Virus record (IMG/VR): IMGVR_UViG_3300025030_000039
Location: 60,878-124,877 of that record
Source of the DNA: a virus
Length of the DNA: 64,000 nucleotides
Direction: 5' to 3' (one strand)
A model generated the notes under the pieces. The model saw only the letters and a list, made by a program, of their open reading frames with translations. It made no database searches and was not told the DNA's origin. Below, piece by piece: positions 25,436 to 37,200 of this stretch. How positions within the stretch are numbered: the stretch's first letter is position 1; every line of letters starts with the position of its first letter. The translations under genes and the position numbers were made by a program.

Positions 25436-26314
25436 TTAAAAATTAGTTGTTTTAAATGATTTTGCTTGTGCTTCTAAATCTTTTATATTATTTCCTTCTG
25501 TTAAAGAATTATTAATATTCGTAGAATAATTTAAAGCTTCTCTATCTTTTTCAATCAATACTTGTTGATCCTTAGTTAATTTATCAGCATCTTTAGCTGA
25601 TAATTTAGGCTTAACACTATCTAATAATTGTTGTAAATTTTTATTTGATTCTGTTAAACTCTTTAAATATTTTTTAAGAGTAATTATTTCTTGATCTTTT
25701 TTAGATGATATAGTATTTTGTTCTACTACAGTTAAACTTAAATCATTAAGTATAGTTTCACTATTATTTTTTAAATTACTATAATCTCTTTTAAGGGTAT
25801 TAGTAGGTATTTCATTAAATGGAAAAAACTTACCTGTGTATAAAACAGACTCATCAGATTCTTCACCATTAGTTGTTAATTTAGATGATATGTAAAAATT
25901 ATTATCTTTAAAAGCTAATATTTTTTTAGATTGATCTTTATTAATCTTGAACAATACTTGTCCATGTTTAGGATCTATTCCATTACTTTCTTTAATATTC
26001 TGAATTTTAACTTCACTGTTATTACTTAAAAAGCTTAAATATAAATCGCCAGTGTTAGTTAAATCTATTGGAATATCTTCTCCATTTTTTTCTTGTACTA
26101 AATTGAATAAAAAATAATCATCAAATGGAGAAATTCCAATATAAGCTTCTCCTTGATAATAATAAGTTTCATTATCACTTAGATTAGCAACTTGTGCTAC
26201 ATTATAATTTAAAGGCTTTTCATTTAAATTAGATAAATTTAAATTACTGTCTTTAGCCATAGCTTGTATATTTGCTAAGGAATTATTTCTTTGTATTTTG
26301 TTTGACAAACTCAT
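25436..26314 (-). CDS. Hypothetical protein, probably structural.
   Basis: ORF within the late module. Confidence 0.35.
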   Translation of the reverse strand: MSLSNKIQRNNSLANIQAMAKDSNLNLSNLNEKPLNYNVAQVANLSDNETYYYQGEAYIGISPFDDYFLFNLVQEKNGEDIPIDLTNTGDLYLSFLSNNSEVKIQNIKESNGIDPKHGQVLFKINKDQSKKILAFKDNNFYISSKLTTNGEESDESVLYTGKFFPFNEIPTNTLKRDYSNLKNNSETILNDLSLTVVEQNTISSKKDQEIITLKKYLKSLTESNKNLQQLLDSVKPKLSAKDADKLTKDQQVLIEKDREALNYSTNINNSLTEGNNIKDLEAQAKSFKTTNF

Positions 26315-27722
26315 TTTTATTTTCCTTTTTAATTTTATCTAGTTTAACTTTTGAAAAACTTACTTTTATATTTACTCTATCTCTATAGACATTTACAAAT
26401 TCTGTTTTAATTTGAATTTTTGAATTATTAAGAGATGTTTCATTTTGGCTTAAAACTGAATTTTCAGAATTAATTTTTTCAATTTTATTATATATGTGTA
26501 CTATTTTAGGTGATACACCCATATTTAATTGTTGCATTTTAGGACCATATTTTTTAACATTAAATGATGTTAAAGTAGATGTTTTTATTATTTGAGTATT
26601 ATCTACTCTATTTATAATTCTTAATGCATAATTAATAGTATATGATACTGCAGAGGATGCATTCATTACAACAGGTCTATATATAACAGGCTTATCCCAA
26701 TATTCTGTTTGTATTAAAGTTTGACGAGTTGTTTCAACAAATTCTGTATCTATTTGTTCCTCTAAAAAAAATTCATGAAACACCATATAATTAGAATTTG
26801 GCTGATTATTTAATGTTGTAATAAAATCTTCAAATATAATACCGTTATATTCACCATATAATTCATAATAATCGCCTGATTCAGATTCTTTTATTTTTGC
26901 TACTAATTGTTCAAATTCATCTTTTTGATTAAATGATACAGAATTATTTTCTCTTACAGAAAAATATGTAAATCCATTTTCCTTTTTAGATTCAAATATT
27001 TCTAATAATTTAATATCTATCATTGTAGACTTTAATAAACCTACACCTAAATTTCTATTAGTTGGAGCTATATCAGTTTGAACGTTTTTAGATGTTAACC
27101 TTGAATTTAATGTATCACTACTAATAGGAGGATTTGCTGTATTAGGGCTTAATAAATAATTTACAGCTGGAATTTTAACCTCAATATATGAAGAATATTC
27201 TTTTTCACCAACTATAAATGGATTTGAATTAAATGTTTGATAACTATCAGTTTTTCTATATACTAACGACATCAAATTAATAACTGCTCCACCTCTTTGT
27301 GTAATAGTAATATTAAAGATATATCCATCTAAGTCACTAAATGTAAAACCTGTTTGTAAATGTATTTTAATTGTATCATACTTTATATTAGTTGTAGTAG
27401 GACTATCAAAATTTTGAACTAAATTTGTAGTCTTAGTTAAATTAGAATCATAATCTATATAATTTATAGGTAAATCCTTATTTAAATAAACATATTTTGA
27501 ATATTTATTATTTACAGGAATTGCACTTCTATCTCTTATATTACCCATGTCAATAGGTGCACTATCACTATTAAAATAATAGTTAGTGTTGGTATATCCA
27601 TTCGATAATATTTCAACTGGATGAGAATCTACTTCATATGATTCTGGGTTAAGAGTATCAGTATAAATATATTCTATTAATATTTGTTTATCTATTTGTA
27701 CATATTTTGAAGATCTAGCCAT
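26283..27722 (-). CDS. Hypothetical protein, probably structural.
   Basis: ORF within the late module. Confidence 0.35.
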   Translation of the reverse strand: MARSSKYVQIDKQILIEYIYTDTLNPESYEVDSHPVEILSNGYTNTNYYFNSDSAPIDMGNIRDRSAIPVNNKYSKYVYLNKDLPINYIDYDSNLTKTTNLVQNFDSPTTTNIKYDTIKIHLQTGFTFSDLDGYIFNITITQRGGAVINLMSLVYRKTDSYQTFNSNPFIVGEKEYSSYIEVKIPAVNYLLSPNTANPPISSDTLNSRLTSKNVQTDIAPTNRNLGVGLLKSTMIDIKLLEIFESKKENGFTYFSVRENNSVSFNQKDEFEQLVAKIKESESGDYYELYGEYNGIIFEDFITTLNNQPNSNYMVFHEFFLEEQIDTEFVETTRQTLIQTEYWDKPVIYRPVVMNASSAVSYTINYALRIINRVDNTQIIKTSTLTSFNVKKYGPKMQQLNMGVSPKIVHIYNKIEKINSENSVLSQNETSLNNSKIQIKTEFVNVYRDRVNIKVSFSKVKLDKIKKENKNEFVKQNTKK

Positions 27723-27735
27723 ATCATTTATTAAT

Positions 27736-28581
27736 TTAAAATTGTAAAAATTTTGGTGTATAACTTACACCTACTCCAACATATGGAGATAATTTTAAAG
27801 GATTATTAATACCTATTCCATATCCAACTTGAAATCCGATACCCCATGTTTTTCTTGTTTTCTTTAAAGCATCCATCGAAGCATTGTTATCAATAATATC
27901 TGCTCCAGCTATTTCTGTAAATTTAACTCCAGGATATTTAGTTTCTACCCATATAATAGGTTTTTTAGTTTTTTTATCATAAGATAAACCAGTAAGTAAA
28001 CTTATATTTTGTTTAATATCAAAAGTAGCTAATCCTGGATTAGGTTTAGAAAAATAATTTAGACTATCTAAACTTATTTCTGTAGAATCCTTTTTATTAT
28101 AATATTGTTGTTGAAAAGGAATTAAACCAACTAAAGATCTTGAATTACCATCACTAAAAAGTGTATCAGTTTTAAATGTAAATTTTCCACTTCCATCTTT
28201 ACTTAAATCAACTTTTATTGTTACATATTTAATAACCTCAGTAATTTCAGTTGTTGTTTTAATTATAGTTTTAGGTGGAGTTTTTTTCCATTCATCTAAA
28301 TCACCGAACAAATCTTTATAATCAGTAGCTAATTCATCAAGAGTTAATTGATATGCTTGAATTTCTCCATGCATTGCTCCATTAGTTTTAAGATATTGTT
28401 TTATTGTATCCTGAGATGCATCCCAATTATTTTGAATTCTTTTAGATTCTTGCTCAGCTCTTTTAGTTGCATTGCATTGTTGTAAATATAATAATGCAAA
28501 AACTATACCTATTATTAATAATAAGATACTTCTATTTTTAGGATCAAACATCCATTTAATTATATTTGTTACAAAATTCAT
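27736..28581 (-). CDS. Membrane-anchored protein with an N-terminal transmembrane or signal segment and a Gly/Tyr-rich beta-strand-like C-terminus ending in Phe.
   Basis: ILLLIIGIVFALLYL near the N-terminus; C-terminus WGIGFQVGYGIGINNPLKLSPYVGVGVSYTPKFLQF. Confidence 0.35.
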   Translation of the reverse strand: MNFVTNIIKWMFDPKNRSILLLIIGIVFALLYLQQCNATKRAEQESKRIQNNWDASQDTIKQYLKTNGAMHGEIQAYQLTLDELATDYKDLFGDLDEWKKTPPKTIIKTTTEITEVIKYVTIKVDLSKDGSGKFTFKTDTLFSDGNSRSLVGLIPFQQQYYNKKDSTEISLDSLNYFSKPNPGLATFDIKQNISLLTGLSYDKKTKKPIIWVETKYPGVKFTEIAGADIIDNNASMDALKKTRKTWGIGFQVGYGIGINNPLKLSPYVGVGVSYTPKFLQF

Positions 28582-28817
28582 AATAATATATCTTTTAAAA
28601 AGTTTGGTGTAATTATATTTCCATATTTTTCTATTAACTTATTAATTAAATAAGTTTCTTCTTCTTGTGTTTCCTTTATTTTAATTAACATCTTATCTTT
28701 TTTTGATTCGAGAATTTTCATTTGACTTTCTATCCATTCTATATCAATATTTATACCTCTATAAATAGAAATAATTTCTTTTAATTCTTCTTTTTCTTTT
28801 TCTGTTATAGTATTCAT
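28578..28817 (-). CDS. Small coiled-coil protein.
   Basis: ORF; 79 aa and predominantly charged and helical by composition. Confidence 0.3.
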   Translation of the reverse strand: MNTITEKEKEELKEIISIYRGINIDIEWIESQMKILESKKDKMLIKIKETQEEETYLINKLIEKYGNIITPNFLKDILL

Positions 28818-28829
28818 TTTTATAAAATA

Positions 28830-31800
28830 TTAAATTAAACCTAATTTTTCCTCTATTAATCTTAATCTTTTTTCTAAATCATTAATTTTAGTATCTTTTT
28901 CCTCAATTAATTTTTGTTGTTCTTGAATCGCAGGAATAGATAATAAAGCTAATTTTTTATAATCGATTGCTTTAATATTTTTATGTACTTCTCCATCAAT
29001 TGTTACTTCATCTAAAAATTCATTAATCATTTCAGGAAATAATTTTTCTAAATCCTGTGCTATTAATCCTAATTCTGAATCATCTAATTTATTAGTTTTC
29101 CATGCAAAATTAACTAACTGTAATTTATTAAATTTTTCTAATATTGATTCATTTTCTCTATAATTTCTAATATTAGTTTTTAATCTTTTATCTGATGGCG
29201 GAGTTGTATCAAAACTTACAATACTAGTTTCTTTTTTTCCATAATATACACAACCTCCAAGTGTTGCTCCATTATTATACCAAAATGATCCATTTGCGTC
29301 ATTGCCTGCAGTAGTACTTAAATGTCCTAAATAAACAGCACCTGTTCCTCCAACTGAAAATACATCAGTTGATCCATTTCTTAATTTTAAAATTTTTTCC
29401 GTTGATACTATTGAATCAATATCTATTAATAGTCCAGATCCTGTGGAATCATTTTGATATATTTTAACAGCATAATCTGCTTTATTTCCATAGAATAAAC
29501 TAGTAGTATCTCCCATTACCCTAAATACTTCACCATCATTATTTTCAGTATTTAATATAAAAGCTGATGCACTTGTATTATATATTTTAGAAGATAATCC
29601 AGATCCATCGACATTATCAAAATTATAAATTTGAGTTGTAAAATTTCCATTAATTGATGATGTAAATATAGATGATCCACTTCCATACACTCTAAATCTT
29701 ACATTTGAACCACTTTTCAGACTAATTAATTCTCCTGTTGATGAACTAGGAACTGTTATCTGTAATCCATCTCCATTAATATGTTCATTTTCAACTAATA
29801 GTGAAAATTTATTATTCATATCGGCAATAAAAGTACTTTCTCCTTCACCAGTTATCTTAAATATTTCGGAAATATTATTTCTACATGAAATAATATTTCT
29901 TGTAGCTAAAACATTTTCTATTTTAACATATAAACCATCTCCATTTGCATTATGATTTACTATTGCACAACTTGAATTATTTAATGCATTACTATCTATA
30001 GTAAAAAAATTAGTATATGTTCTTATATAATTAATTCTATTTGTAAAAGAACCAAATTCAACATCTCCACTTAATTTATTAATGTATAAAGTAGTAGGAG
30101 TATTTGAAGCACTTTTACACATTATTTGATTTTCATCAAATGCTATATGTTGTCCTGATGGATCTCCTATAATTAAATCTCCTGTAGGATCAGTAGCACT
30201 TAATGTTATAGGATTTAATGAATTAATTACTAAACCTGTAATATTAGTTGCTGCTTCAATTTTCATATTATATCTATCAAAAGCACTAACTGCATAATTA
30301 CCCATTGTAATAATACCTGTTTTATCTTTATAAGATTTAAATGTTAATTTAGTATCTATCACTGATCCGTCTCCTTGCTCAATAAATATAGCAGGATTAG
30401 TACTAGTCTCAGATGGAGATATAATAACATTTGATGAATCATTATCAGAATAAAATCTAACACTTTTATTTGAAGTAGATTGAATATTAAAGTTTGCTAT
30501 ATACGATCCTAATCCTGCACTACTATTTACCCAAACAGATGAAGTGCTAAATACTGCATCATTATAAAAATAAGAATTGTTATTAGCTATTAATAATGCA
30601 TTAAAAGTAGAATTATCATTAAATATAGTTAATCCATTAAAGGTAGAGTCATCATTAAATATAGTTAATCCATTAAATGTTGTAGTATTTGTAAAATCAT
30701 TTAATGCATTAAAAGTAGTATCATTTTCAAATACAGCTAATTCATTAAATGTTGATTCTCCATTAAAAATAATTTGATTTTCAAATGTAGCTATTCCATT
30801 TAATGTTATACTTGAATTAAATATTACAGCATCATTAAAATCAACTAATGCATTAAATATAACGTCACCGTCAAAATTAACTATTGCATAAATATTAATA
30901 TCATCATAAAAATTAACTGTTGCATTAAACGTAGTTATATTATTAAATTCATTTATATTATTAAATGTAGTTGTTCCATCAAATATCGATGCTGCTGTAA
31001 AAGAAGAACTTCCTAATACTGTTATTGTGTTAGAATTAGTAAATTCAATTAAAGGCTGGTTAAATTGATTATTAATAGATAATTTATGTGTAACTGAATT
31101 ATAATTAATAGCCATCCATCCTGTAGTAACATTACTATAATCTCTAAATCTTAAATGTGTTGCTACTGGAGAATCATAATATGTATTTAAAGTAGCTATC
31201 GTATTAACTGCATGTATATCAGTAGTAGGATTGCTTGTAAATAATCCTATTTTACCTCTTTCATTTGTTCCAGTATGACCTAAAATTACATTTCCATTTA
31301 ATGCAGTGCTTGATCCTAGTCCTCCATATAATTTAACATCACCACCAGATACTGTAACAAAACTTAAAAAATCTCCAACATTTCCACCACTTAAAATTAA
31401 ATCACCACCTTGTTCAGGAAATCCGCCGGAAAACGGTTCATCTTTTCCTTTTCCAGCAATTATAGAAAGATTAGGTTTGTTAGTATTAGTAGATTGACCA
31501 ACTGATATTATTTTAGCAGAAGGTAATAAAGCATTAGTAGAATTAGGAAGGAAAATATTTCCTAAATAATCAAGTTCAAATAATGATTGAGGCACAAATG
31601 TTGTATCACCAATTTTAATTTGAAATTTATTTTTTCTTCCACCATTATCTGTTGGTATAGCATTAAGTTCTACTCTATTTCTTTCATTTGTTACTGACCC
31701 AGATAATGTAGATAATTTTATACCTATGCCATTAGTTGTTGCTCCTGGATTATTATGTACAAATTTAATATATTGAGTTTGATTTAATTCTTCAGATATT

Positions 31801-34199
31801 GCTTCTATAAATTCACTTGGAGTAGATGTTCTAAATCCAAATAAACCTGTTTTAGTAATAGCAAATCTATCAATAGATTCAGTATTATCTTTTATTACAA
31901 ATCCAACATTGTTATTTAATATTCTATACTCGTGATCAGTGTTACCTAAAATTATTCCCACTATATTTGTATCACCTTGTTGTAAAGCCATATACATAGC
32001 AGATCCTATATTATAAGCATGAATATTATAAGTAGGAACATTAATTCCTATACCTAATTTTCCACCTCTATCTGTTCCATTATGACATAATATTACATCA
32101 TTTAAAGATATACCTGTAGTAGCACTATCACCGCCATAAATATAAACTTTACCACCTATAGGATTAGCATGTGTCCCTCCATAAATAGTTCCAGCATTAC
32201 CGCCCTGTAAATATAAATTAGCACCAGCACCAGGATCTACTTCAATTAATGATAATGATAGAAATCCATCTGATCCGGCTCCTGCTTTTATATAAAGATT
32301 TGTTCCATTTGTAGGAATAGATGTACTAGGTGTTCCTTTTTCAACATCTAATATTCTACTAATAGCATCATTAGTAAATCTAATATCACCATTAATATTT
32401 AATAATACATCAGTATTTAAAGTATTAATACCAATTTTGCCATTAAAATAATTATATGTATTTGAACCTGTTTGATATATACCATATTTTTTTGATATAA
32501 CATTTCCATCAATAGTATCTAAATATAATTGATAAACATTTGTAATATATCCACCTACTGCATTATCTTTAATTTTAATATAATGTCCGTAAGCATTAGA
32601 TATAAATTTTGTTGATGAATTTATAATTTTAATTTTTGTTCCATATGTATTTGTTATACTCCCACTTACTGCATAAATATCTTGATCAAATCCTATTATT
32701 TCAGTTACATTATTTGTTCCAATTTGTTTAATAAAAGAATATATAGTACTTATTGATGATGAAGATGCTATAGTACCTGTACCAGATTTATTAATATTAA
32801 ATATCATACCTGATCTCTTAGGATATTCTGAAGTAACAAATCCTAAATCATTATAATTTAATGTAGCATAATATGCAGCTGCTCCTGTATTTCCAGCAGT
32901 TGATGTTGTATTATTAACATGAATAAATTGAATATCATCATTAGAATTAAAAGATCCGAGAGGTGTATTAAATATACCTTGTCCTGTTATACTTGTTGTT
33001 TTAGAAACACAAATTCTTCCGTACTTATCAAAAATAATATATCTATTTTCTGAATCATATTGTATAAATTTAGTTTTTTCTTTAGTAAAAATAGATATAT
33101 CGTCATCAGAAGTATCATTTAATTTAATATAATTGTTAATACCAGTATTTAAACTATCAGTTACTAAATGTATATAACGTCTACCTAATTTACTATCAGC
33201 ACCTAACTTTATATAAGTATTTTGTTTTTTAGTTATTTCATTATATAAAGCGTTTTCTAATATAATACTATTTCCACCTGTATATGTATCACCAGAAGAA
33301 GTTCCACTATCATTAGTATAATCAAATGATTTAAAATTAATATTTCCAGTTGTATTCGATAATCCAGATGTGTAATTTGAAATAGGATTACCACTAACAA
33401 TAACATTAAAATCTCTTGATGAGAAAAATTCAATATCTGAATCAGTAGTAATAAATTTTATACCTGATAAAATAGAGGTATCAATTAATTCTCTTGAATT
33501 ATAAATATTTAATTCATCATATAATCCTGTTGAAATTGTAGGCATTTTATCAGTATCAACAGTATTAGTTGTGCTACCTCCTGATAATTTAATTTGAGGT
33601 ACAGATCCATTATAACTATGAATAAATAATACTCCACTTGATCCTGCTGATATATCATTTGCATATGAATTACTAATTGCATTTAGCCATGGACCTCCAA
33701 CACTTGGATCAGGAGCACCTTGTGGATATCCACCAATTAAAACTGATAATATATCAATAGGATTATTTAAATTTCTTAAATTTATAGAAGGTTGAATAAA
33801 TAAAAAATCTTCTCCATCATAAGGAGCACTTCCAGAAACTACATTAACTCCACCTCTTTTAAAATCACTTATTCCACTATCTCCAGTATCTCCTTTTAAA
33901 TTAATCGATGTTTCTAACCATACATTATTAGTATATGTCCAAACACTACCATTGCTTTGTAAATAATTATCATTATTAAATAATTCATCAGAAACAATTA
34001 CTGTATTTGGGTCAGATGATCCTCCAAACCATTTAGATCCTCTTCTTCCATTAGGTCCAATAGTACCAGGGCCTCCTTTATTACCTAAGAATCCTCTTGG
34101 TCCACCACCATGTAATAATACTTGGTCAAAATTATAATTTAGTTTGTTAACAAGATCTGAAACATTATCAGAAGCTAAAATTTCTTTAATTCTTATCAT
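28830..34199 (-). CDS. Tail fibre or tailspike protein of 1789 aa with a C-terminal intramolecular chaperone (Peptidase S74) autoproteolytic domain.
   Basis: C-terminal SDKRLKTNI...LGLIAQDLEKLFPEM matches the S74 chaperone domain. N-terminal collagen-like stretch of seven consecutive G-X-Y triplets. Mid-region of periodic xFNxLxxF beta-repeats. Confidence 0.85.
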   Translation of the reverse strand: MIRIKEILASDNVSDLVNKLNYNFDQVLLHGGGPRGFLGNKGGPGTIGPNGRRGSKWFGGSSDPNTVIVSDELFNNDNYLQSNGSVWTYTNNVWLETSINLKGDTGDSGISDFKRGGVNVVSGSAPYDGEDFLFIQPSINLRNLNNPIDILSVLIGGYPQGAPDPSVGGPWLNAISNSYANDISAGSSGVLFIHSYNGSVPQIKLSGGSTTNTVDTDKMPTISTGLYDELNIYNSRELIDTSILSGIKFITTDSDIEFFSSRDFNVIVSGNPISNYTSGLSNTTGNINFKSFDYTNDSGTSSGDTYTGGNSIILENALYNEITKKQNTYIKLGADSKLGRRYIHLVTDSLNTGINNYIKLNDTSDDDISIFTKEKTKFIQYDSENRYIIFDKYGRICVSKTTSITGQGIFNTPLGSFNSNDDIQFIHVNNTTSTAGNTGAAAYYATLNYNDLGFVTSEYPKRSGMIFNINKSGTGTIASSSSISTIYSFIKQIGTNNVTEIIGFDQDIYAVSGSITNTYGTKIKIINSSTKFISNAYGHYIKIKDNAVGGYITNVYQLYLDTIDGNVISKKYGIYQTGSNTYNYFNGKIGINTLNTDVLLNINGDIRFTNDAISRILDVEKGTPSTSIPTNGTNLYIKAGAGSDGFLSLSLIEVDPGAGANLYLQGGNAGTIYGGTHANPIGGKVYIYGGDSATTGISLNDVILCHNGTDRGGKLGIGINVPTYNIHAYNIGSAMYMALQQGDTNIVGIILGNTDHEYRILNNNVGFVIKDNTESIDRFAITKTGLFGFRTSTPSEFIEAISEELNQTQYIKFVHNNPGATTNGIGIKLSTLSGSVTNERNRVELNAIPTDNGGRKNKFQIKIGDTTFVPQSLFELDYLGNIFLPNSTNALLPSAKIISVGQSTNTNKPNLSIIAGKGKDEPFSGGFPEQGGDLILSGGNVGDFLSFVTVSGGDVKLYGGLGSSTALNGNVILGHTGTNERGKIGLFTSNPTTDIHAVNTIATLNTYYDSPVATHLRFRDYSNVTTGWMAINYNSVTHKLSINNQFNQPLIEFTNSNTITVLGSSSFTAASIFDGTTTFNNINEFNNITTFNATVNFYDDINIYAIVNFDGDVIFNALVDFNDAVIFNSSITLNGIATFENQIIFNGESTFNELAVFENDTTFNALNDFTNTTTFNGLTIFNDDSTFNGLTIFNDNSTFNALLIANNNSYFYNDAVFSTSSVWVNSSAGLGSYIANFNIQSTSNKSVRFYSDNDSSNVIISPSETSTNPAIFIEQGDGSVIDTKLTFKSYKDKTGIITMGNYAVSAFDRYNMKIEAATNITGLVINSLNPITLSATDPTGDLIIGDPSGQHIAFDENQIMCKSASNTPTTLYINKLSGDVEFGSFTNRINYIRTYTNFFTIDSNALNNSSCAIVNHNANGDGLYVKIENVLATRNIISCRNNISEIFKITGEGESTFIADMNNKFSLLVENEHINGDGLQITVPSSSTGELISLKSGSNVRFRVYGSGSSIFTSSINGNFTTQIYNFDNVDGSGLSSKIYNTSASAFILNTENNDGEVFRVMGDTTSLFYGNKADYAVKIYQNDSTGSGLLIDIDSIVSTEKILKLRNGSTDVFSVGGTGAVYLGHLSTTAGNDANGSFWYNNGATLGGCVYYGKKETSIVSFDTTPPSDKRLKTNIRNYRENESILEKFNKLQLVNFAWKTNKLDDSELGLIAQDLEKLFPEMINEFLDEVTIDGEVHKNIKAIDYKKLALLSIPAIQEQQKLIEEKDTKINDLEKRLRLIEEKLGLI
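30550..30980 (-). repeat. Tandem degenerate repeats of roughly 21 to 24 nt encoding the FN-x-L-x-x-F beta-repeat region of the tail fibre.
   Basis: Visible DNA periodicity, for example ttaatccattaaaggtagagtcatcattaaatatagttaatccattaaatgttg; this also produces the spurious plus-strand ORF 30577..30777. Confidence 0.6.
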
Positions 34200-34208
34200 T
34201 TTATATCT

Positions 34209-37200
34209 TTACTTTTTGTCAATTTTTATGGATAATCCTATGCTAGTTTTATATCCTAATATTTTATTATATATCAACGAGATATCAAAACTACTATTGT
34301 TTAAACCTTTAACTTGAAAGTTATTAAATATTTTCATTCCAGATCTTAGTTTATCTGAGTTATTAATAGTTAATGGCAAATAGTTTGTTGCTCCATCCAT
34401 TTTTTCTTGCTTAATATAAAGATCAATTCCACTTATTTTATATCTAGGCAAAATATTTTGGTTAATATATTCAGTAACATCGTCTTCAATTGATTCTTTT
34501 GAACCATATGAATATAATGGATTAATATATTTTACAAAAGTATTATATACTCCATCATGCAAATAGTTTCTTAATTTCTTTTCTATAAAAATATTTAAGG
34601 TAATTACAGAATTAATTTCAGAATAAAATATTTCTTCATTTAAATTATTTAAATCTATATTTATATCAAAAGTATTTAATGCATACGTAAATGTATCTAA
34701 TATAAATTGACTAGGTATAGTCATTACTTTAGATGCAAAAAAGGAAGGAATTTCCTTTTGAGATCTTGTACCTAATACTAATTCAGTTAATATTTTACTT
34801 TTTTGATATGTATAATAGCCTTGATCCCAATTTGAACTAAATAAATAAAAGTTCTTTTTATCAATTCCTATTTCATGTATTAAAGGATAAACGCTAGTAT
34901 TTGAATTATTTTTAGATAATTCTAATATACTATCAGGATTATCTACATTAACTTTATGATAAAACATATTATTAATTATTCCAAAATAAGAATTTAAATT
35001 GAATTGAGTATTAGTATGTCTTACTAAATCAAATACTTGTTTTTCATACCATGTTAAATCTTCGCTGTATGTTCCAACATAACCTTTTGTTATATAAGGA
35101 TCTTCATATTTAATTACATCTATAAATTTAGGTTCATAATATCCTTTTTGTCTATAATATGGTGTAAGTTTAATATTAGTATCCATAATTAATTTATAAC
35201 CAATGGTTGAGCTTAAGTTTAATGAAACTGGTTTATTATCATCTTCTACTCTAGTAATATATGTAGGTTTAATAACTTCATTAGGTGTTATTAATTCAAC
35301 TAGAAATTGATCATAATTAATTGTTCCATCTTCTTCAACAGATTCATATATAACTTCAGGATCACCCTGATTAACCATTTTTTGAATATTAGAAAAGGAT
35401 GCTTTCTTTAATCTATCTTTAAATACTTCATATCCACCGTCAATAACATAATAATTAACTTCTTTTAGTTTTTGTAACATTGGTAAGCTAGATGGAAATG
35501 ATACACTCGTACTTCCATTTCTAGATATTACTCCAGCTATTAAAGTATTATCATTTACTATTTTTACTATTTCATCTATTACATAAACTCCAGCTCCACC
35601 ACCACTATTAATAGTAAATGTAATTTTATTATATTTACCATTTGGGCCAACTTTAATATCATCTAAAAATTTAGTAGGAACGCCATCTTTATCAGTCATT
35701 CCCTTAATTGTAAATGGACCTGGAAATGTTCCTCTACTACTAATAAAATCTATCGCGCCTTGCATTTTAATATCTTCATAATTGTATGGTGATGGAAACG
35801 GTTGATCACCAGTAGAAGGTGCTATGTTATGTTTTAATGCATATAATAATGTTCTATCAATAAAATCTAAATTATTATCAAAATAAGGATAATCTATTGT
35901 TAAGAAAATCATCATAGTAATAGTTTTCCATTTTTTATTTTCAACTATTTTTATTTGAAATGTTGGATGTTTTGTTATAATTGGATTTTCGATTGTAGCT
36001 ATATTTTGATGCGGTATTAATACACATGAAAATTTATAGCCGTTAAATTTAGTATTTTTAACAAAATTTAATGACGACAAATTATAATTAATATTTATTT
36101 TATCATTAATAAAAGCATCACTTCTTTGTTTAACTAAAATTTTAATTCCTCTAAAAAAAGTTTCAGCAAATCTATTTGTATTTCCAAATTTAAAAGTATT
36201 ATATCTAAATTGTTTATCAATAGTAATATAATTAGTTCCATTATTTAATCTATCAACAACAAAATAATTTAAAAAATTATCCTTTGTAATATCTTGAAAA
36301 AATCCGTTTTGAAATTCTATAAAACCTTTTTGTTCAATATTATCGTATACTTTAGTATCAAAATAACTCCAAGATTTTTGTAAATCTGAATCTGTAAAAT
36401 AATTAGGATATTTAGATAATAAATACCACTCATGAGTAAATGAATCTGGATCTTGTCCATTAACTTCTGCTGATGGTGAAAAATTATATAATCCAAATGC
36501 ATCAGAAAAATTTAATCTATAATCATTATTTCTAACATCTTTTCCATCTTGATAAACCCATTTATTTACATAAGGAATTACTCTAGATATAGTTGATAGT
36601 TCTTTTAAATAATTTTCTTTTAATCTATCATATTCATTCGTTAATTCATCTCTTCCGTTTGCATCAGCATTATCTTTTTCTAATATACCTTCTAATCTAC
36701 CAAAACCAGTTGAATAAAAATCTAAAATATCAGGATTAGAAGATTTTTCAATAGGTTGTTCATATATAGAATCTACTTTATTATATTCATCCGCTTCTGC
36801 AAATAATTCTCCTTGTTCAAAATACTCTGTTGAATAAAAATCAGTATCAAAATCTTTTATAGGATACATACTAAAACGTCCAAATGTAGGTTCAAATAAT
36901 TCAAATAAAGATACTTGTTTTAATGAATCAACATAAGGTTGATTTCCATCTATTATTACAATTCTATAATCTTGATATAATGATATATTGTCATTATAAT
37001 ATACAATATCTTTTATTTTTCCATATCCAGTATCAGTTTTAACATACCTATTAATATTAAATCTAGATATATCTTCATATTTAATTTTTAATCTAGATTG
37101 ATTTTTATCTGTTCCACCAACAAAATTATTTTCTAACTCATTTGTATTTGGAAAATATGAAATATGATCTCCTAATGTTAATTCATTTAATACAAATCTT